In this document: positions 1-11,771 of the stretch, piece after piece
Numbering within the stretch: position 1 is the first letter of the stretch
How the letters are laid out: each line of letters starts with the position of its first letter
DNA from: Candidatus Atelocyanobacterium thalassa isolate ALOHA
GTDB taxonomy: Bacteria; Cyanobacteriota; Cyanobacteriia; Cyanobacteriales; Microcystaceae
Direction: 5' to 3'
Assembly (NCBI RefSeq): GCF_000025125.1
Contig: NC_013771.1
Coordinates: 570,001 to 602,000 of the forward strand
Length of the DNA stretch: 32,000 nt
Program-made: the position numbers and the translations under genes
Notes under the pieces: generated by a model
What the model was told of the DNA's origin: nothing
What the model saw: the letters and a program-made list of their open reading frames with translations, nothing else
Databases searched by the model: none

Positions 1-2
1 AT

Positions 3-1055
3 AATCGTTGCTCTTTCTGCTTTATTGATCAACAGCCTCCAGGGAAAAGGGATAGCTTATATCTAAAAGATGATGATTATCGCTTGAGTTTCCTTTATGG
101 TAGTTATTTGACTCTGACTAATTTAACAGAAAAAGAGTGGAAACGTATTGAGAGTATGCGTTTATCTCCTCTTTTTGTGTCGGTTCATGCAATTGAGCCT
201 GATATCAGAATTAAACTCTTAAAAAATAAAAGAGCTGGAGAAATTAAAAAACAATTAGAATGGTTTCGAGAAAAAAAATTACAAATTCATGCACAGATCG
301 TAGTATGTCCCGGAATTAATGATGGTATACATCTAGAAAAAACTATACTTGAATTAGCAGAGTTTCACACGACAGAAAATCCCACAGTGATTTCTACTGC
401 TGTAGTTCCTGTAGGCTTAACTCGCTTTCACCCTGAAAAGAGCAATTTAATTCCTGTAGATCAAGTAAAATCAGAAGAAGTTATAAAGCAGGTTCAGGGG
501 TTACAAAAAAAATTTTTTTTTCAGTTTAATAGTAATTTTGTTTGGTTAGCAGATGAGTGGTTTTTAATCGCAAAACAAGATTTACCTCCTGAGTCAGATT
601 ATGAAGATTATCCTCAAGTTAGCAATGGAGTTGGTTCTATTAAAAAATTTATTCAAGAATTTTATTCAATATGTCAAGAAAAATTACCTCAAAAAATTGA
701 TAAAGAAAAAACTTTAATTTGGGTAGTAGGAAATGCTGTTGACAAAGTTTTTCAGCCTTTAGCGCAAAGGTTAAATCAAGTTGAAAATCTAACAATCATC
801 TTAATTCCACTTAGAAGCAAATATTGGGGGCAAGAAATAACAGTAACGGGATTACTCACAGGTGAAGATTTAATATCAGGACTACAAAATATGTATTTAG
901 GAGATGGGATTTTAGTACCTTCAGTAATGCTTAAAAATAATAATGATATTTTTTTGGATGATATGACAATTGAAGAAGTATCATTAAACCTCAAAACCTT
1001 GTTAATTCCAGCAAATAATATTGCAGATTTAATTGAAATCTGTTTATCAAGATGA
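3..1055 (+). CDS. DUF512 radical-SAM-like protein, 5'-truncated by the window edge
   Basis: Frame 3 is open from nt 3. Upstream of the listed TTG it reads NRCSFCFIDQQPPGKRDSLYLKDDDYRLSFLYGSYLTLTN, a Cys-rich radical-SAM-type motif running into the conserved DUF512 core. The N-terminus lies outside the window. Confidence 0.75.
   Translation, partial: NRCSFCFIDQQPPGKRDSLYLKDDDYRLSFLYGSYLTLTNLTEKEWKRIESMRLSPLFVSVHAIEPDIRIKLLKNKRAGEIKKQLEWFREKKLQIHAQIVVCPGINDGIHLEKTILELAEFHTTENPTVISTAVVPVGLTRFHPEKSNLIPVDQVKSEEVIKQVQGLQKKFFFQFNSNFVWLADEWFLIAKQDLPPESDYEDYPQVSNGVGSIKKFIQEFYSICQEKLPQKIDKEKTLIWVVGNAVDKVFQPLAQRLNQVENLTIILIPLRSKYWGQEITVTGLLTGEDLISGLQNMYLGDGILVPSVMLKNNNDIFLDDMTIEEVSLNLKTLLIPANNIADLIEICLSR
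505..521. repeat. A8T9 homopolymer pair inside the DUF512 CDS
   Basis: ttacAAAAAAAATTTTTTTTTcag encodes ...QKKFFFQ... The frame is intact. Confidence 0.8.
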
Positions 1056-1123
1056 ATTAAAACGTATATTATAAGTAACTTGATTATTCAGATACTTATT
1101 TTAAAAATCAAAAAATAGATTAT

Positions 1124-1621
1124 TTAATCAGTAATATTCTTTGTCTCGTATTGAATTGAATCTCCAGTATCAGGAATATTAACTGGAGAAAGAAACAAAA
1201 GAGATGTGTGAGGATCAGGAGGGACCAGTTTAGAATTAGGGTCTTTAGCTTTTTCTGCTATTGTATATTTTAAAGATTCGCTAAAAGAGGCAAGTGGAAT
1301 TTCATACTTTTTAAGATTTTGTAGCTCAAAATATTTTTTATTCCATTCAATTGTTTTATTTGCAGTACAAGCATATATACCTAGCATAATACTAATTAAA
1401 CCTACGGTTAATACCGTAAATCCTTTTTGAATAGATAGTAAAAATTCTAATTTGAAAGGAAACTGCTTAACACTAGTTGTTATATTGATGTTATTAATTA
1501 TTTGATGAGTATTGTCGTTGTTAAATTCGGTTTTTTGCTTAGGACTATTACGATGTACGAATTCTGACTTTACTTTTTTATCTATGGGATTATTTAAAGC
1601 TTGATAATTTGTAGTATTCAT
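1124..1621 (-). CDS. Hypothetical bitopic membrane protein (165 aa)
   Basis: ATG-initiated ORF with a polar N-terminal region of about 65 aa, one hydrophobic helix (GFTVLTVGLISIMLGIYACTA) and a charged C-terminal region of about 80 aa. I recognise no family. Confidence 0.5.
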   Translation of the reverse strand: MNTTNYQALNNPIDKKVKSEFVHRNSPKQKTEFNNDNTHQIINNINITTSVKQFPFKLEFLLSIQKGFTVLTVGLISIMLGIYACTANKTIEWNKKYFELQNLKKYEIPLASFSESLKYTIAEKAKDPNSKLVPPDPHTSLLFLSPVNIPDTGDSIQYETKNITD

Positions 1622-1857
1622 ATTTTATGAATCTTATTTATTTTTTAGTTAATCAATATTTTATAGTTCTCTTAAAAATTAGAATTGTTAATATTAACTG
1701 ACGATAAATATTAAATCCATGTTTCATTATAAGATCAATATTAATCAACTAAAATAATTAATAAGTTTTCTAGCTACTGGAATTGACATAAACTCTATAG
1801 TACAAGAGATATCTTGAATTGATATTTATACTATAGAAAACAATATAAAAATAAAGT

Positions 1858-3174
1858 TCAATTTCCTATAATTAGGGCCTTTGATTCAATATTAACCTTA
1901 CTAAAATGAGATATTTCTTCATTCAAAATTTCTAAAGCTTTATCAAATTGAGGATCGCCAAGATATCCAATTTTTTCCCTAGACTGCTGTAAATCTTTCC
2001 TCTCCTTATCAGTTAACTCTATCAAGATATCAGGTTCAATTCCTTGTTTGTTGATATCTCGGCCACTAGGAGTTAAGTATTTAGCTATAGTTACTGCTAA
2101 TCCTGAAGAGCCATCTCCTAAACGTCTAACAGATTGGACTAAACCTTTTCCAAAAGTTTTAGTTCCTACTAAGGTAGCTCGATTGTTATCCTGTAAAGCT
2201 CCTGAGAGTATTTCACTGGCGCTTGCTGAACCACCATCTATAAGTATTACCAAAGGTTTATTGGTTAAAGCTCTATTAGTCGCTTTTTGTGCTTCTACTT
2301 CTCCGCTACGACTAACTGTCGAAACAATTTTTCCTTTATCAAGCCACATTCTTGCTATTTCTACACTTGCATAAAGCAAACCTCCTGGGTTCGATCTTAA
2401 GTCTAAAATATAACCTTTGACTTTAGCTGTTTCAGCTTTACGAATTGAATCACGCATTTCTTTCCCAGCATGAGCACTGAACTGAACTAAACGAATGTAG
2501 CCAACTTTACCAGAAGATGTATTTTGAATACGAGACTTTACTGGGTGAAGTTCAATTCTAGCTCTAACGATAGGATAACTAAATTCTTGGTTAGTACGAC
2601 GAATTGTTAGTATTACCTTGCTGCCTGGTTTCCCTCTGATAAGCTGAACCGCATCTTCTACTTCCATTCCCTTGGTAATTTTACCATTGATTTTAGTTAT
2701 GACATCTCTAGATAATATCCCTGCTTTAAATGCTGGAGTATCTTCTATAGGTGCAACAACAGTTAATTCTTTTGTTTCTTCATCTTTGGTGATTTGTATA
2801 CCTACTCCAGTAAGTTCTCCTGAAGTATCAATCTGCATATTCTTAAATTCTTCTGGATCCATAAAACGAGTATAAGGATCTCCAAGCTGCTCTAGCATCT
2901 CACGAATTGCTGTATAAGCTTTTTCTTTAGTTTCATAAGATTGAGAATCTCCGACAACATAGTTTTGGCGAACAGCAAGCCAATCTACCTGATTAAAGGT
3001 ATCGTCAATATATGTATCATTGATTATATGCCATACTTCATCAACTAGTCTTTTGGGGTTATCTTCTAAATAAGCCAAACTACGGGAAAGATGCATTCCC
3101 GACCCGGTGACAGCGACAGTAGTTAAAATCGCAGCAGTTGCACCCAATATCAACCCTTTTTTATAATTAATCAT
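1858..3174 (-). CDS. Carboxyl-terminal processing protease, peptidase S41 (Ctp family)
   Basis: 438 aa with an N-terminal signal/anchor, a PDZ-like middle and S41 catalytic motifs (RSNPGGLL, GGSASASEI, TFGKG). The paralogue (ctpA, ctpB or ctpC) cannot be decided from sequence alone. Confidence 0.9.
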   Translation of the reverse strand: MINYKKGLILGATAAILTTVAVTGSGMHLSRSLAYLEDNPKRLVDEVWHIINDTYIDDTFNQVDWLAVRQNYVVGDSQSYETKEKAYTAIREMLEQLGDPYTRFMDPEEFKNMQIDTSGELTGVGIQITKDEETKELTVVAPIEDTPAFKAGILSRDVITKINGKITKGMEVEDAVQLIRGKPGSKVILTIRRTNQEFSYPIVRARIELHPVKSRIQNTSSGKVGYIRLVQFSAHAGKEMRDSIRKAETAKVKGYILDLRSNPGGLLYASVEIARMWLDKGKIVSTVSRSGEVEAQKATNRALTNKPLVILIDGGSASASEILSGALQDNNRATLVGTKTFGKGLVQSVRRLGDGSSGLAVTIAKYLTPSGRDINKQGIEPDILIELTDKERKDLQQSREKIGYLGDPQFDKALEILNEEISHFSKVNIESKALIIGN

Positions 3175-3382
3175 AGACTAAGTATATATTTATTAAACTT
3201 ACACGAGCTTGAAGTACTAATCCTAAAAATAGAAAGTTGTTTAAACTAAAACTATATTTTAAATAGCTATATTCTAGACTTTTTTTATACTACTTAGTTA
3301 AACTCAATCTTATTGATTTGTTTCTTAAGAAATTAGTATCGCTTAAGTATAACATTTTCTGAATATTGATGATTATAGTCTA

Positions 3383-4219
3383 ATGATAGGTAGCAAATTG
3401 GATACTTTTAACTTTTTTAAAAAAAATAATAAAATCTTGTATTACCAACAAAAATTGAAATTGTTGCGAAAGGGATGGAATTTTTTAATATCTTTTTCTT
3501 TAGTTGGAGGACTGCTATATAACAATGGTCTGCCTTACTGGTTAATTCGAAATCAGTCGCAAATTAAAATTGTAGGCAATCAATTATTATCAGAGTCTGA
3601 TATTTTGAAAATGCTCAATATCAAGTATCCTCAATTAATTTGGAAACTACCAGTCCATAAATTACAAGAAAAGCTCATATCTCAACCCCCTTTAGAAAAT
3701 GTGCATATCATACGTAGTTTACTACCGACAAGAATTAAAGTTATAGTTAAAGAAAGAGAACTTGTTGCTTCTGCCTCCATGATGGGAGAAAAAGGTTTTC
3801 TTGATTCTTTAGGAACTTGGATATCTAGCGAATTCTATAATTTAGAAGATAGTACTATTTCTTCGGTTAACTTAAAAGTTTTTGGTCAAGGTCAAAAATC
3901 TTTCTATTACTGGAAAAATATTTATTCTCTTTCTTTAAGCTCTCCTGTCAAAATTAAAAATTTTAATTTGCAAGATTCTAACAACTTAATTATAGAAACC
4001 GAATTGGGAAGAGTACACTATGGAATATATGATAAAACTTTTTCAAAAAAACTTGTAGCTTTAGGTAAAATGCGAAGATTGTCTTTCAGAAATAAAAAAG
4101 AATCATTAGACTATATAGAAATGTATGGATATGATTCACCTTCTATTTATCATAAATCTACCATATCTCTAAGTCGAAAGAAATCAGCTGTTAATGCTAA
4201 AAGATATATATATTATTAA
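3383..4219 (+). CDS. ftsQ: Cell division protein FtsQ (POTRA domain)
   Basis: Basic N-terminus, single TM (FLISFSLVGGLLY) and a POTRA-like segment (IKIVGNQLLSESDI...IKVIVKERELVA). It lies immediately upstream of ftsZ in the same orientation. Confidence 0.75.
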   Translation: MIGSKLDTFNFFKKNNKILYYQQKLKLLRKGWNFLISFSLVGGLLYNNGLPYWLIRNQSQIKIVGNQLLSESDILKMLNIKYPQLIWKLPVHKLQEKLISQPPLENVHIIRSLLPTRIKVIVKERELVASASMMGEKGFLDSLGTWISSEFYNLEDSTISSVNLKVFGQGQKSFYYWKNIYSLSLSSPVKIKNFNLQDSNNLIIETELGRVHYGIYDKTFSKKLVALGKMRRLSFRNKKESLDYIEMYGYDSPSIYHKSTISLSRKKSAVNAKRYIYY

Positions 4220-4300
4220 TAATATATAGCGGCTTAAGTGTTCTTAATGATACACTAACTTTTGAAATTTTTGATTAAAATAACTAATTCGATATTTGGT

Positions 4301-5572
4301 ATGAATATTTCTAACAATAAACTAATGAATGATTATTTTGGTTTTAATAACAACGACAACTCCAAACCTTCTGATAAAATAAAAAACGATTCCAAGAATA
4401 ATGAGGACCTGTCTTCCACTCAAAAAAATTCATCTTTAAAAGGTTCTTTAGAAAGTAATGGGAAGGGGCAAATCATACCAAATAGTACTGCAAGAATTAA
4501 AGTAATTGGAGTAGGCGGTGGGGGATGTAATGCAGTTGATAGAATGGTTGAAAGTTCATTAACAGGTATTGATTTTTGGACTGTTAATACTGATGCTCAA
4601 GCCCTTAGCCAGTCCTTGGCTCCTAACCGTATACAAATCGGAAAAAAGTTAACCAAAGGATTAGGAGCTGGAGGTAATCCTAATATCGGTAAAGAAGCTG
4701 CTATTGAATCTCGAGAAGAGATTGCAGAAGCTCTTCAAGATACTGATTTAGTATTTGTAACTGCGGGAATGGGCGGTGGTACAGGAACAGGAGCCGCCTC
4801 CGTAGTAGCAGAGATAGCAAAAGAGCAGGGCTGCCTTACAATTGGAGTCGTAACTCGTCCTTTTGAATTTGAGGGTCGGAGACGTATGGTACAGGCACGC
4901 CAAGGTGTTGAAGAATTAACCAATAATGTAGACACTTTAATCGTTATTCCTAATAATAAATTATTGCAAGTAATTGACCAAGAAACTTCACTCAAACAAG
5001 CATTTCTTTTCGCTGATGATGTTTTACGCCAAGGAGTACAAGGAATATCCGATATTATAACTATTCCTGGATTAGTTAATGTAGATTTTGCTGATGTCAG
5101 AGCAATCATGTCTAACGCAGGTTCTGCTTTGATGGGAAGTGGAAGTGGCTCAGGTAAGTCACGTGCGCTTGACGCCGCTTCTTTGGCTATTTCCTCTCCA
5201 CTATTAGAACATTCTATTCGAGGAGCAAAAGGAGTAGTATTAAACATAACAGGCAGTAGTGACCTTACTTTACATGAAGTAAGCATTGCTTCAAAAGCCA
5301 TATACGAGAAAGTTGTAGACAATACTGATGCTAATGTTATTTTTGGTGCGGTAATAGATGAAGAGCTTCAAGGAGAAATACGTATAACAGTTATCGCAAC
5401 TGGATTTGGTAGATCCAAAGATTCTGAAGAAGTATTAAGTACGGAATCTAATCCGGATCTTAATACTACACAAAACTCTTTTACTCCTCCTAAACAAAAA
5501 ATACAATCTATAGATTCAGTTGGAATTGACATTCCTTCATTTTTATCTAATCGTCGTGATACTTCTGAATAA
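4301..5572 (+). CDS. ftsZ: Cell division GTPase FtsZ
   Basis: [14 protein letters not shown], the GGGTGTGA tubulin signature and the C-terminal [10 protein letters not shown] peptide. I prefer the ATG at 4301 (MNISNN...) over the TTG at 4262 listed in the ORF track. Confidence 0.96.
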   Translation: MNISNNKLMNDYFGFNNNDNSKPSDKIKNDSKNNEDLSSTQKNSSLKGSLESNGKGQIIPNSTARIKVIGVGGGGCNAVDRMVESSLTGIDFWTVNTDAQALSQSLAPNRIQIGKKLTKGLGAGGNPNIGKEAAIESREEIAEALQDTDLVFVTAGMGGGTGTGAASVVAEIAKEQGCLTIGVVTRPFEFEGRRRMVQARQGVEELTNNVDTLIVIPNNKLLQVIDQETSLKQAFLFADDVLRQGVQGISDIITIPGLVNVDFADVRAIMSNAGSALMGSGSGSGKSRALDAASLAISSPLLEHSIRGAKGVVLNITGSSDLTLHEVSIASKAIYEKVVDNTDANVIFGAVIDEELQGEIRITVIATGFGRSKDSEEVLSTESNPDLNTTQNSFTPPKQKIQSIDSVGIDIPSFLSNRRDTSE

Positions 5573-5785
5573 TATTATTTTACGTCTATCTAAAAAGCTA
5601 TAGAACTTAAAATATTAATATAGAACCTATAACTTTGAAGTCTTACTTTTTAAGTATTAAAAAGCTTTCATCCCACTACTAAGAAATAACGCTATTTTTT
5701 AATACTTATTTTTAAAGACTAGTGCATGTAAGGTAAGAAATAAATTTTTTATTTTAAAAAGCTTAAATTTATGTGTAAATAAAAA

Positions 5786-6574
5786 ATGTTAGATTACATT
5801 CTTATATTGAGCATCAGTGGACTTTTTTCTGGATTATTAGCAGGGGTTTTAGGAATCGGAGGAGGTGCTATTTTAGTCTCTTTACTACTGGCATTTAAGA
5901 ATACACCATTACAGGCGGTTGCTACTAGTAGCATGGCTATTGTAATTATTGCTTCATCAGGTAGCCTACAAAATCGCCGGATGGGAAATTTAAACTTGCA
6001 AAAAGTTTTCTTATTAGGAATCCCGGCAATGGTTACAGCACAATTTGGTGTAAAAATTGCTAACTATATTCCTGAATATTGGCTTTTACTTTTATTTAGC
6101 ATTCTTCTAACTTTTAATATTTTTTTGTATAGCTACCGACACTATTTAACCAAAGCAATTTATCAAAACAATAACTCTGTATTTGCTCATTATTTTTTAA
6201 GTTTATTTACAGGAGGAGTAGGTGGTTTACTAGCAGGCTTATTTGGAATTGGAGGGGGAGTAATCATGGTTCCTCTACAGATTTTATTGTTACGAGAAAC
6301 TATGCAAATATCAATTCAAAATAGTTTAGGAGTAATTTTTATCACCTCAATTTCTTCTAGTATAGGCCATGCTTTAAATGATAATGTACTTTGGCTTACT
6401 GGTTTGATATTAGGATGTGGAGGAGTGTTGGGAGTACAAATGGGTACACGTCTATTATCAAAGTTGTCAAATACAATGGTAACTTTTGGCTTCCATTTTG
6501 TGTCGATCATAATATCTATCTATACTTTTAGACAGGCATGGTTTAGTTACTTAAATTTTTTAGAAATAAATTAG
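5786..6574 (+). CDS. TauE/SafE (TSUP, DUF81) family anion exporter/permease
   Basis: 262 aa, polytopic, with the internally duplicated G-rich motifs typical of TSUP proteins (GVLGIGGGAILV and GLFGIGGGVIMVP). Confidence 0.8.
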   Translation: MLDYILILSISGLFSGLLAGVLGIGGGAILVSLLLAFKNTPLQAVATSSMAIVIIASSGSLQNRRMGNLNLQKVFLLGIPAMVTAQFGVKIANYIPEYWLLLLFSILLTFNIFLYSYRHYLTKAIYQNNNSVFAHYFLSLFTGGVGGLLAGLFGIGGGVIMVPLQILLLRETMQISIQNSLGVIFITSISSSIGHALNDNVLWLTGLILGCGGVLGVQMGTRLLSKLSNTMVTFGFHFVSIIISIYTFRQAWFSYLNFLEIN

Positions 6575-6600
6575 AGAAAAATTTTGATACATATTTTTCT
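6575..6600 (+). terminator. Weak AU-rich hairpin directly after the TauE-family gene
   Basis: AGAAAAAT (6575-6582) pairs with ATTTTTCT (6593-6600), loop 10 nt, followed by AACTTTTTATC. There is only one G-C pair, so this is marginal. Confidence 0.3.
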
Positions 6601-6796
6601 AACTTTTTATCAACCACTAATCTATTATTGATAGAGTAAACGAATAATGTTGTTTTTTTTACAAAAAAGTTTTTACGATAGAATAGATGAAAATTTTTTA
6701 CAAAGAAGATAATATGTATATAAATTGAATAATTATTCTAACCTAAATCATAAAACAGCTAAACAATAAAACAATATTATATTTATAAATTTGCCT

Positions 6797-9700
6797 ATGC
6801 CACGTCGGGATGACTTGAAAAAAATTATGATTTTAGGAGCAGGCCCTATTGTAATCGGCCAAGCTTGTGAATTCGACTATTCTGGTACTCAAGCTTGTAA
6901 AGCCTTAAGAGAAGAAGGTTATGAAGTTATATTAGTCAACTCTAATCCAGCTTCAATTATGACTGATCCTGAAATGTCTGACCGAACCTATATTGAGCCC
7001 CTTGTTCCCGATATAGTCGAAAAAATTATTGCTAAAGAGCGCCCAGATGCATTACTAGCAACGATGGGAGGGCAGACTGCACTTAATATTGCTGTATCTT
7101 TAGCTAAAAGTGGAGTTTTGGAAAAATATAATGTTGAATTAATTGGTGCAAGACTATCGGCTATCGAAAAAGCAGAAGATAGAGAATTATTTAAAAAAGC
7201 AATGGATAGCATAGGAGTTCCTGTATGTCCTTCTGGTATTGCTAATACTTTAAAAGAAGCTCGAGAGATCGCAATTAATATCGGTTCTTATCCCTTAATT
7301 ATACGTCCTGCTTTTACCTTAGGAGGTACAGGCGGAGGTATTGCCTATCACCAGGAAGAGTTTGAAGATATTGTACAAACTGGTTTGGATGCATCTCCAA
7401 TGTCTCAGATATTAGTAGAACAGTCATTATTGGGATGGAAAGAATATGAGCTAGAAGTAATGAGAGACTTAGCAGATAACGTTGTTATCATTTGCTCTAT
7501 TGAAAACTTCGATCCAATGGGAGTACATACAGGAGATTCAATCACAGTTGCACCAGCTCAAACTCTAACAGATAAAGAATATCAAAAATTGAGAGATTAT
7601 TCTAAATCAATAATTAGAGAGATTGGGGTGGAAACTGGAGGTGCCAATATTCAGTTTTCCGTCAATCCTGCAAATGGCGATACTATTGTTATTGAAATGA
7701 ATCCTCGTGTTTCTCGTTCCTCTGCATTAGCTTCTAAAGCCACAGGATTTCCTATAGCTAAATTCGCTGCTAAGCTTGCTGTAGGTTATACTCTTAATGA
7801 AATTAGCAATGATATAACTAGAAAAACCCCAGCCTCATTTGAGCCTACTTTAGACTATGTAGTAACCAAAATACCACGGTTTGCTTTTGAAAAATTTCCT
7901 GGTTCTCAAGCAATTTTAACTACTCAAATGAAATCAGTAGGAGAAGTTATGGCTATTGGCCGTACTTTTCAAGAATCTTTTCAAAAAGCTTTAAGATCTT
8001 TGGAGACGGGATTTAATGGCTTTACTTGTGATCAAAAATCAACCTTACCTTCTCCGTCTGAGGTACGTTCTGAATTACAAATCTCTAGTCCTGATAGAAT
8101 TTACACAATTTATAAAGCTTTAAAATTAGATATAACAATAGAAGAAATCCATAATTTAACCGCTATTGATATTTGGTTTTTAGATAAGCTAAAAGATATT
8201 TTTGATACTGAAAAATATCTTAGACAAATTATTCTCAAAAATATAGATAAAGAGAAAATGAGAGTAATTAAGCAAAAAGGTTTTAGTGATTGCCAAATAG
8301 CTAGTATTACTAATCATACAGAAGATGAAGTTAGGAAATATCGTAAAAGTCTAGGTGTAATTCCAGTCTATAAAGTTGTAGATACATGTGCTGCTGAATT
8401 TGAAGCATTTACTCCTTATTATTATTCTACTTATGAATTAGAAGACACAGAAGTCTTGTTTACTAAAAAGCCTAAGATAATGATTTTGGGTGGAGGACCA
8501 AATCGCATAGGACAAGGAATAGAATTTGATTACTGTTGTTGCCATGCCTCTTTTGCTCTTTCTCAGGATGGTTATGAAACTATAATGGTTAATTCTAATC
8601 CAGAAACTGTCTCCACAGATTATGATACAAGTGACCGTTTATATTTTGAACCTTTAACAAGAGAAGATATTTTAAACATAATTGAAGTAGAAAATCCTGA
8701 AGGAGTTATTATTCAATTTGGAGGGCAGACTCCATTAAAACTTGCAGTACCTTTGCAAGAATACTTCGACAATCCAAGTTCTTGTGTCCAGACAAAAATT
8801 TGGGGAACTCCTCCTGATTCTATTGATTTAGCAGAAGATAGAGAACGCTTTGAAAAAATATTATGCGATCTTCAAATTAAAAAGCCTCCTGGTGGGATTG
8901 CTCGTAGCTTTGAACAATCTTTAAGTATTGCCTCTAATATTGGATATCCTGTAGTAGTTCGCCCCTCTTATGTCTTAGGGGGAAGAGCTATGCGAATTGT
9001 TTATTCTGATAAAGAATTAAAACATTACATGGACTACGCAATACAAGTAGAGCCTGACCATCCGATTTTAATTGATAAATTTTTAGAAGATGCTGTCGAG
9101 GTTGATGTTGATGCCTTATGTGACAAAACTGGCATGGTTGTTATTGGAGGAATAATGGAGCACATTGAACAAGCAGGTGTACATTCTGGAGATTCAGCTT
9201 GTTCAATTCCTTTTACAACACTTTCTGAAAAGGTTCTGGATATTATTCGTAAATGGACATCTCAATTAGCTAATAGTCTACAAGTTATTGGATTAATTAA
9301 TATTCAATATGCAGTACAGCAAGAAGAAGTCTATATTTTAGAAGCTAATCCACGCGCATCTCGTACTGTTCCTTATGTATCTAAAGCTACAGGAAGACCT
9401 CTTGCAAAAATTGCTTCTCTAGTTATTTCAGGGAAAACCTTATCTGAACTAGGCGTACATAAAGAACTTATTCCCCGCTACGTTGCTGTTAAAGAAGCCG
9501 TTTTACCCTTTCAAAAATTTCCTGGTACAGATACTTTATTAGGACCAGAAATGCGCTCTACCGGTGAAGTTATGGGGATAGATTATGATTTTGGTAAAGC
9601 ATTTGCCAAAGCAGCAATTGCTTCTGGTATCAATTTGCCTATTAATGGGACTGTTTTTATTTCTACTAGTGATAGAGATAAAATTTTAACTGTTCCAATC

Positions 9701-10042
9701 GCTAAAGATTTAGAAAAGTTAGGGTTCAAAATAGTTGCAACATCAGGTACGCAGAAAGTCTTAGAAAACAATGGAATCATAGGAGTGGAAACTATTCTTA
9801 AGCTTCACGAAGGTCGTCCGCATGTTATAGACTGGATTAAAAATAAGAAAATTCAATTTATTATAAATACTCCGAATGGGGAAGAGTCACAAGTGGATGC
9901 ACAAAAAATCAGGAGAACGGCCTTAGACTATCAGTTACCAGTTATTACGACAATAGCTGGTGCAAAGGCTACAGTTACTGCTATTCGTTCCTTACAAAAT
10001 CAACCTTTAAATGTTCAAGCATTGCAAGACTATATCTGCTAA
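6797..10042 (+). CDS. carB: Carbamoyl-phosphate synthase large subunit
   Basis: About 1081 aa with two ATP-grasp halves ([19 protein letters not shown] and [18 protein letters not shown]) and a C-terminal MGS-like domain. I prefer the ATG at 6797 over the TTG at 6791. Confidence 0.97.
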   Translation: MPRRDDLKKIMILGAGPIVIGQACEFDYSGTQACKALREEGYEVILVNSNPASIMTDPEMSDRTYIEPLVPDIVEKIIAKERPDALLATMGGQTALNIAVSLAKSGVLEKYNVELIGARLSAIEKAEDRELFKKAMDSIGVPVCPSGIANTLKEAREIAINIGSYPLIIRPAFTLGGTGGGIAYHQEEFEDIVQTGLDASPMSQILVEQSLLGWKEYELEVMRDLADNVVIICSIENFDPMGVHTGDSITVAPAQTLTDKEYQKLRDYSKSIIREIGVETGGANIQFSVNPANGDTIVIEMNPRVSRSSALASKATGFPIAKFAAKLAVGYTLNEISNDITRKTPASFEPTLDYVVTKIPRFAFEKFPGSQAILTTQMKSVGEVMAIGRTFQESFQKALRSLETGFNGFTCDQKSTLPSPSEVRSELQISSPDRIYTIYKALKLDITIEEIHNLTAIDIWFLDKLKDIFDTEKYLRQIILKNIDKEKMRVIKQKGFSDCQIASITNHTEDEVRKYRKSLGVIPVYKVVDTCAAEFEAFTPYYYSTYELEDTEVLFTKKPKIMILGGGPNRIGQGIEFDYCCCHASFALSQDGYETIMVNSNPETVSTDYDTSDRLYFEPLTREDILNIIEVENPEGVIIQFGGQTPLKLAVPLQEYFDNPSSCVQTKIWGTPPDSIDLAEDRERFEKILCDLQIKKPPGGIARSFEQSLSIASNIGYPVVVRPSYVLGGRAMRIVYSDKELKHYMDYAIQVEPDHPILIDKFLEDAVEVDVDALCDKTGMVVIGGIMEHIEQAGVHSGDSACSIPFTTLSEKVLDIIRKWTSQLANSLQVIGLINIQYAVQQEEVYILEANPRASRTVPYVSKATGRPLAKIASLVISGKTLSELGVHKELIPRYVAVKEAVLPFQKFPGTDTLLGPEMRSTGEVMGIDYDFGKAFAKAAIASGINLPINGTVFISTSDRDKILTVPIAKDLEKLGFKIVATSGTQKVLENNGIIGVETILKLHEGRPHVIDWIKNKKIQFIINTPNGEESQVDAQKIRRTALDYQLPVITTIAGAKATVTAIRSLQNQPLNVQALQDYIC

Positions 10043-10233
10043 TATTTTGTTTAACATTAAATTTGGAAACAGTTAATCTGATATTTTATATATCAATAGT
10101 AAAAGCTTTTAGCTCATAGTAATTAGGTCACTATTTATTAAATAAATATTTCAAACTTTGATTTTAAAAATATTCTGGTATATGACAAAGTAACATTATT
10201 CTTCTAAGACTTATTAATTTAAAATTTGATTAT

Positions 10234-11592
10234 ATGACACTACCCATTGTTGCAGTTATTGGACGTCCTAATGTAGGCAAATCAACATTAGTTAATCGTT
10301 TAGCAAAGAATAGACAAGCAATTGTTCATGATGAGCCAGGAATTACTCGTGATCGCGTTTATAGACAAGCTTTTTGGCGTACTCATGATTTTCTCGTTGT
10401 GGACACAGGGGGATTAGTATTCAATGATAATACTGAATTCCTTCCTTTAATTAGAGAGCAAGCCATGACAGCATTAAGTGAAGCTAGTGTAGCTGTCTTT
10501 GTAGTAGATGGACAATTGGGACCTACTACAGGAGATTATGAGATAGGAAACTGGCTAAGACAGCAAAAAGTTCCAGTATTACTTGCGGTTAACAAATGTG
10601 AGTCTCCTGAGCATGGCTTAATACAAGCGGCACAGTTTTGGGAGCTAGGCTTGGGAGAACCTTATCCAATTTCAGGGATTCATGGTAATGGAACAGGAGA
10701 ATTTTTAGATAAGTTAATTTTACATCTACCATCCTCCAATAAAATGTTTGATCCTGAAGAAATAAATGTTTCTATTGTTGGACGTCCTAATGTAGGTAAG
10801 TCAAGTCTTCTGAATGCATTTTTAGGGGAAAAAAGAGCTATTGTTAGTCCTATTGCTGGAACCACAAGAGATGTAATTGATACAATTGTAGAACGAAAAG
10901 GTAAAGTTTATCGCTTAGTTGATACGGCAGGAATTCGTCGTAAAAAAAATGTTGAATATGGAGCTGAATTTTTCAGTATTAACCGTGCTTTCAAGGCAAT
11001 TCGAAGAGCGGATGTAGTTTTATTAGTTATTGATGCTATTGATGGAGTAACAGAACAAGATATTAAACTAGCAGATCGTATTATTGACGAGGGGCGGTCA
11101 GCAATAATTGTTGTTAATAAGTGGGATGCTGTAGAGAAAGATGCTTACACTATTTATTCATATAAAAAGAATGTAATGAATCGGCTATATTTTATGGAAT
11201 GGGCAAACCTCATTTTTATTAGCGCAAAATCAGGACAGCGTATTGAAAAAATTTTTCCCCTGGTAGATATAGCCGTAAAAGAGCACCGACGTCGTATTAA
11301 TACTTCTATAATTAATGAAGTTTTAGAAGAAGCTATAAGATGGCATTCTCCTCCTACAACAAGGCAAGGGAAACAAGGGAAAATTTATTATGGAACTCAA
11401 GTATCTAATCAACCTCCAACTATTGTTTTATTCGTTAACGACCCAAAAAGATTTAATGATAATTATCGCAGATATATAGAAGGTCAGTTTCGCCAACAAA
11501 TTGGCTTTTCTGGGACCCCTATACGTTTGCTCTGGAAAGGTAAAAAGATACGAGATGTTGAATCAAAATTAGACCATATAGTCAAAATTTGA
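10234..11592 (+). CDS. der: Ribosome-associated GTPase Der (EngA)
   Basis: Two tandem GTPase domains, each with a GRPNVGKS P-loop plus DTGG/DTAG and NKCE/NKWD motifs, followed by a KH-like C-terminus. Confidence 0.95.
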   Translation: MTLPIVAVIGRPNVGKSTLVNRLAKNRQAIVHDEPGITRDRVYRQAFWRTHDFLVVDTGGLVFNDNTEFLPLIREQAMTALSEASVAVFVVDGQLGPTTGDYEIGNWLRQQKVPVLLAVNKCESPEHGLIQAAQFWELGLGEPYPISGIHGNGTGEFLDKLILHLPSSNKMFDPEEINVSIVGRPNVGKSSLLNAFLGEKRAIVSPIAGTTRDVIDTIVERKGKVYRLVDTAGIRRKKNVEYGAEFFSINRAFKAIRRADVVLLVIDAIDGVTEQDIKLADRIIDEGRSAIIVVNKWDAVEKDAYTIYSYKKNVMNRLYFMEWANLIFISAKSGQRIEKIFPLVDIAVKEHRRRINTSIINEVLEEAIRWHSPPTTRQGKQGKIYYGTQVSNQPPTIVLFVNDPKRFNDNYRRYIEGQFRQQIGFSGTPIRLLWKGKKIRDVESKLDHIVKI

Positions 11593-11771
11593 AAAATTAC
11601 ATAATTTTTTGGCAACTTAAGTAACTTCTATAAATTTAAATATTAAATTTTTTATCAGGATATGTTTATTCTTGATATAAGATTATTTAAGGAATAATTC
11701 AGTAATGCAATTATTTTGAGATAATAGAAAACATCAAAATTGCTTTTTGAAGTGTGTATGAGGAAAAAATC

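Noticed and set aside
1795-1836. The 8-bp inverted repeat CTATAGTA...TACTATAG, with an inner CAAGA/TCTTG hairpin, downstream of the ctp stop, as a terminator
   Set aside because: The stems are short and AT-rich with a 26-nt spacer, and no U-tract follows on the minus strand. That is too weak to call.
2387-2396. GGGTTCGATC, which resembles a tRNA T-arm
   Set aside because: It lies inside the ctp CDS, antisense to the codons for RSNPGG. There is no acceptor, D or anticodon stem around it. I found no tRNA-like cloverleaf anywhere in the window.
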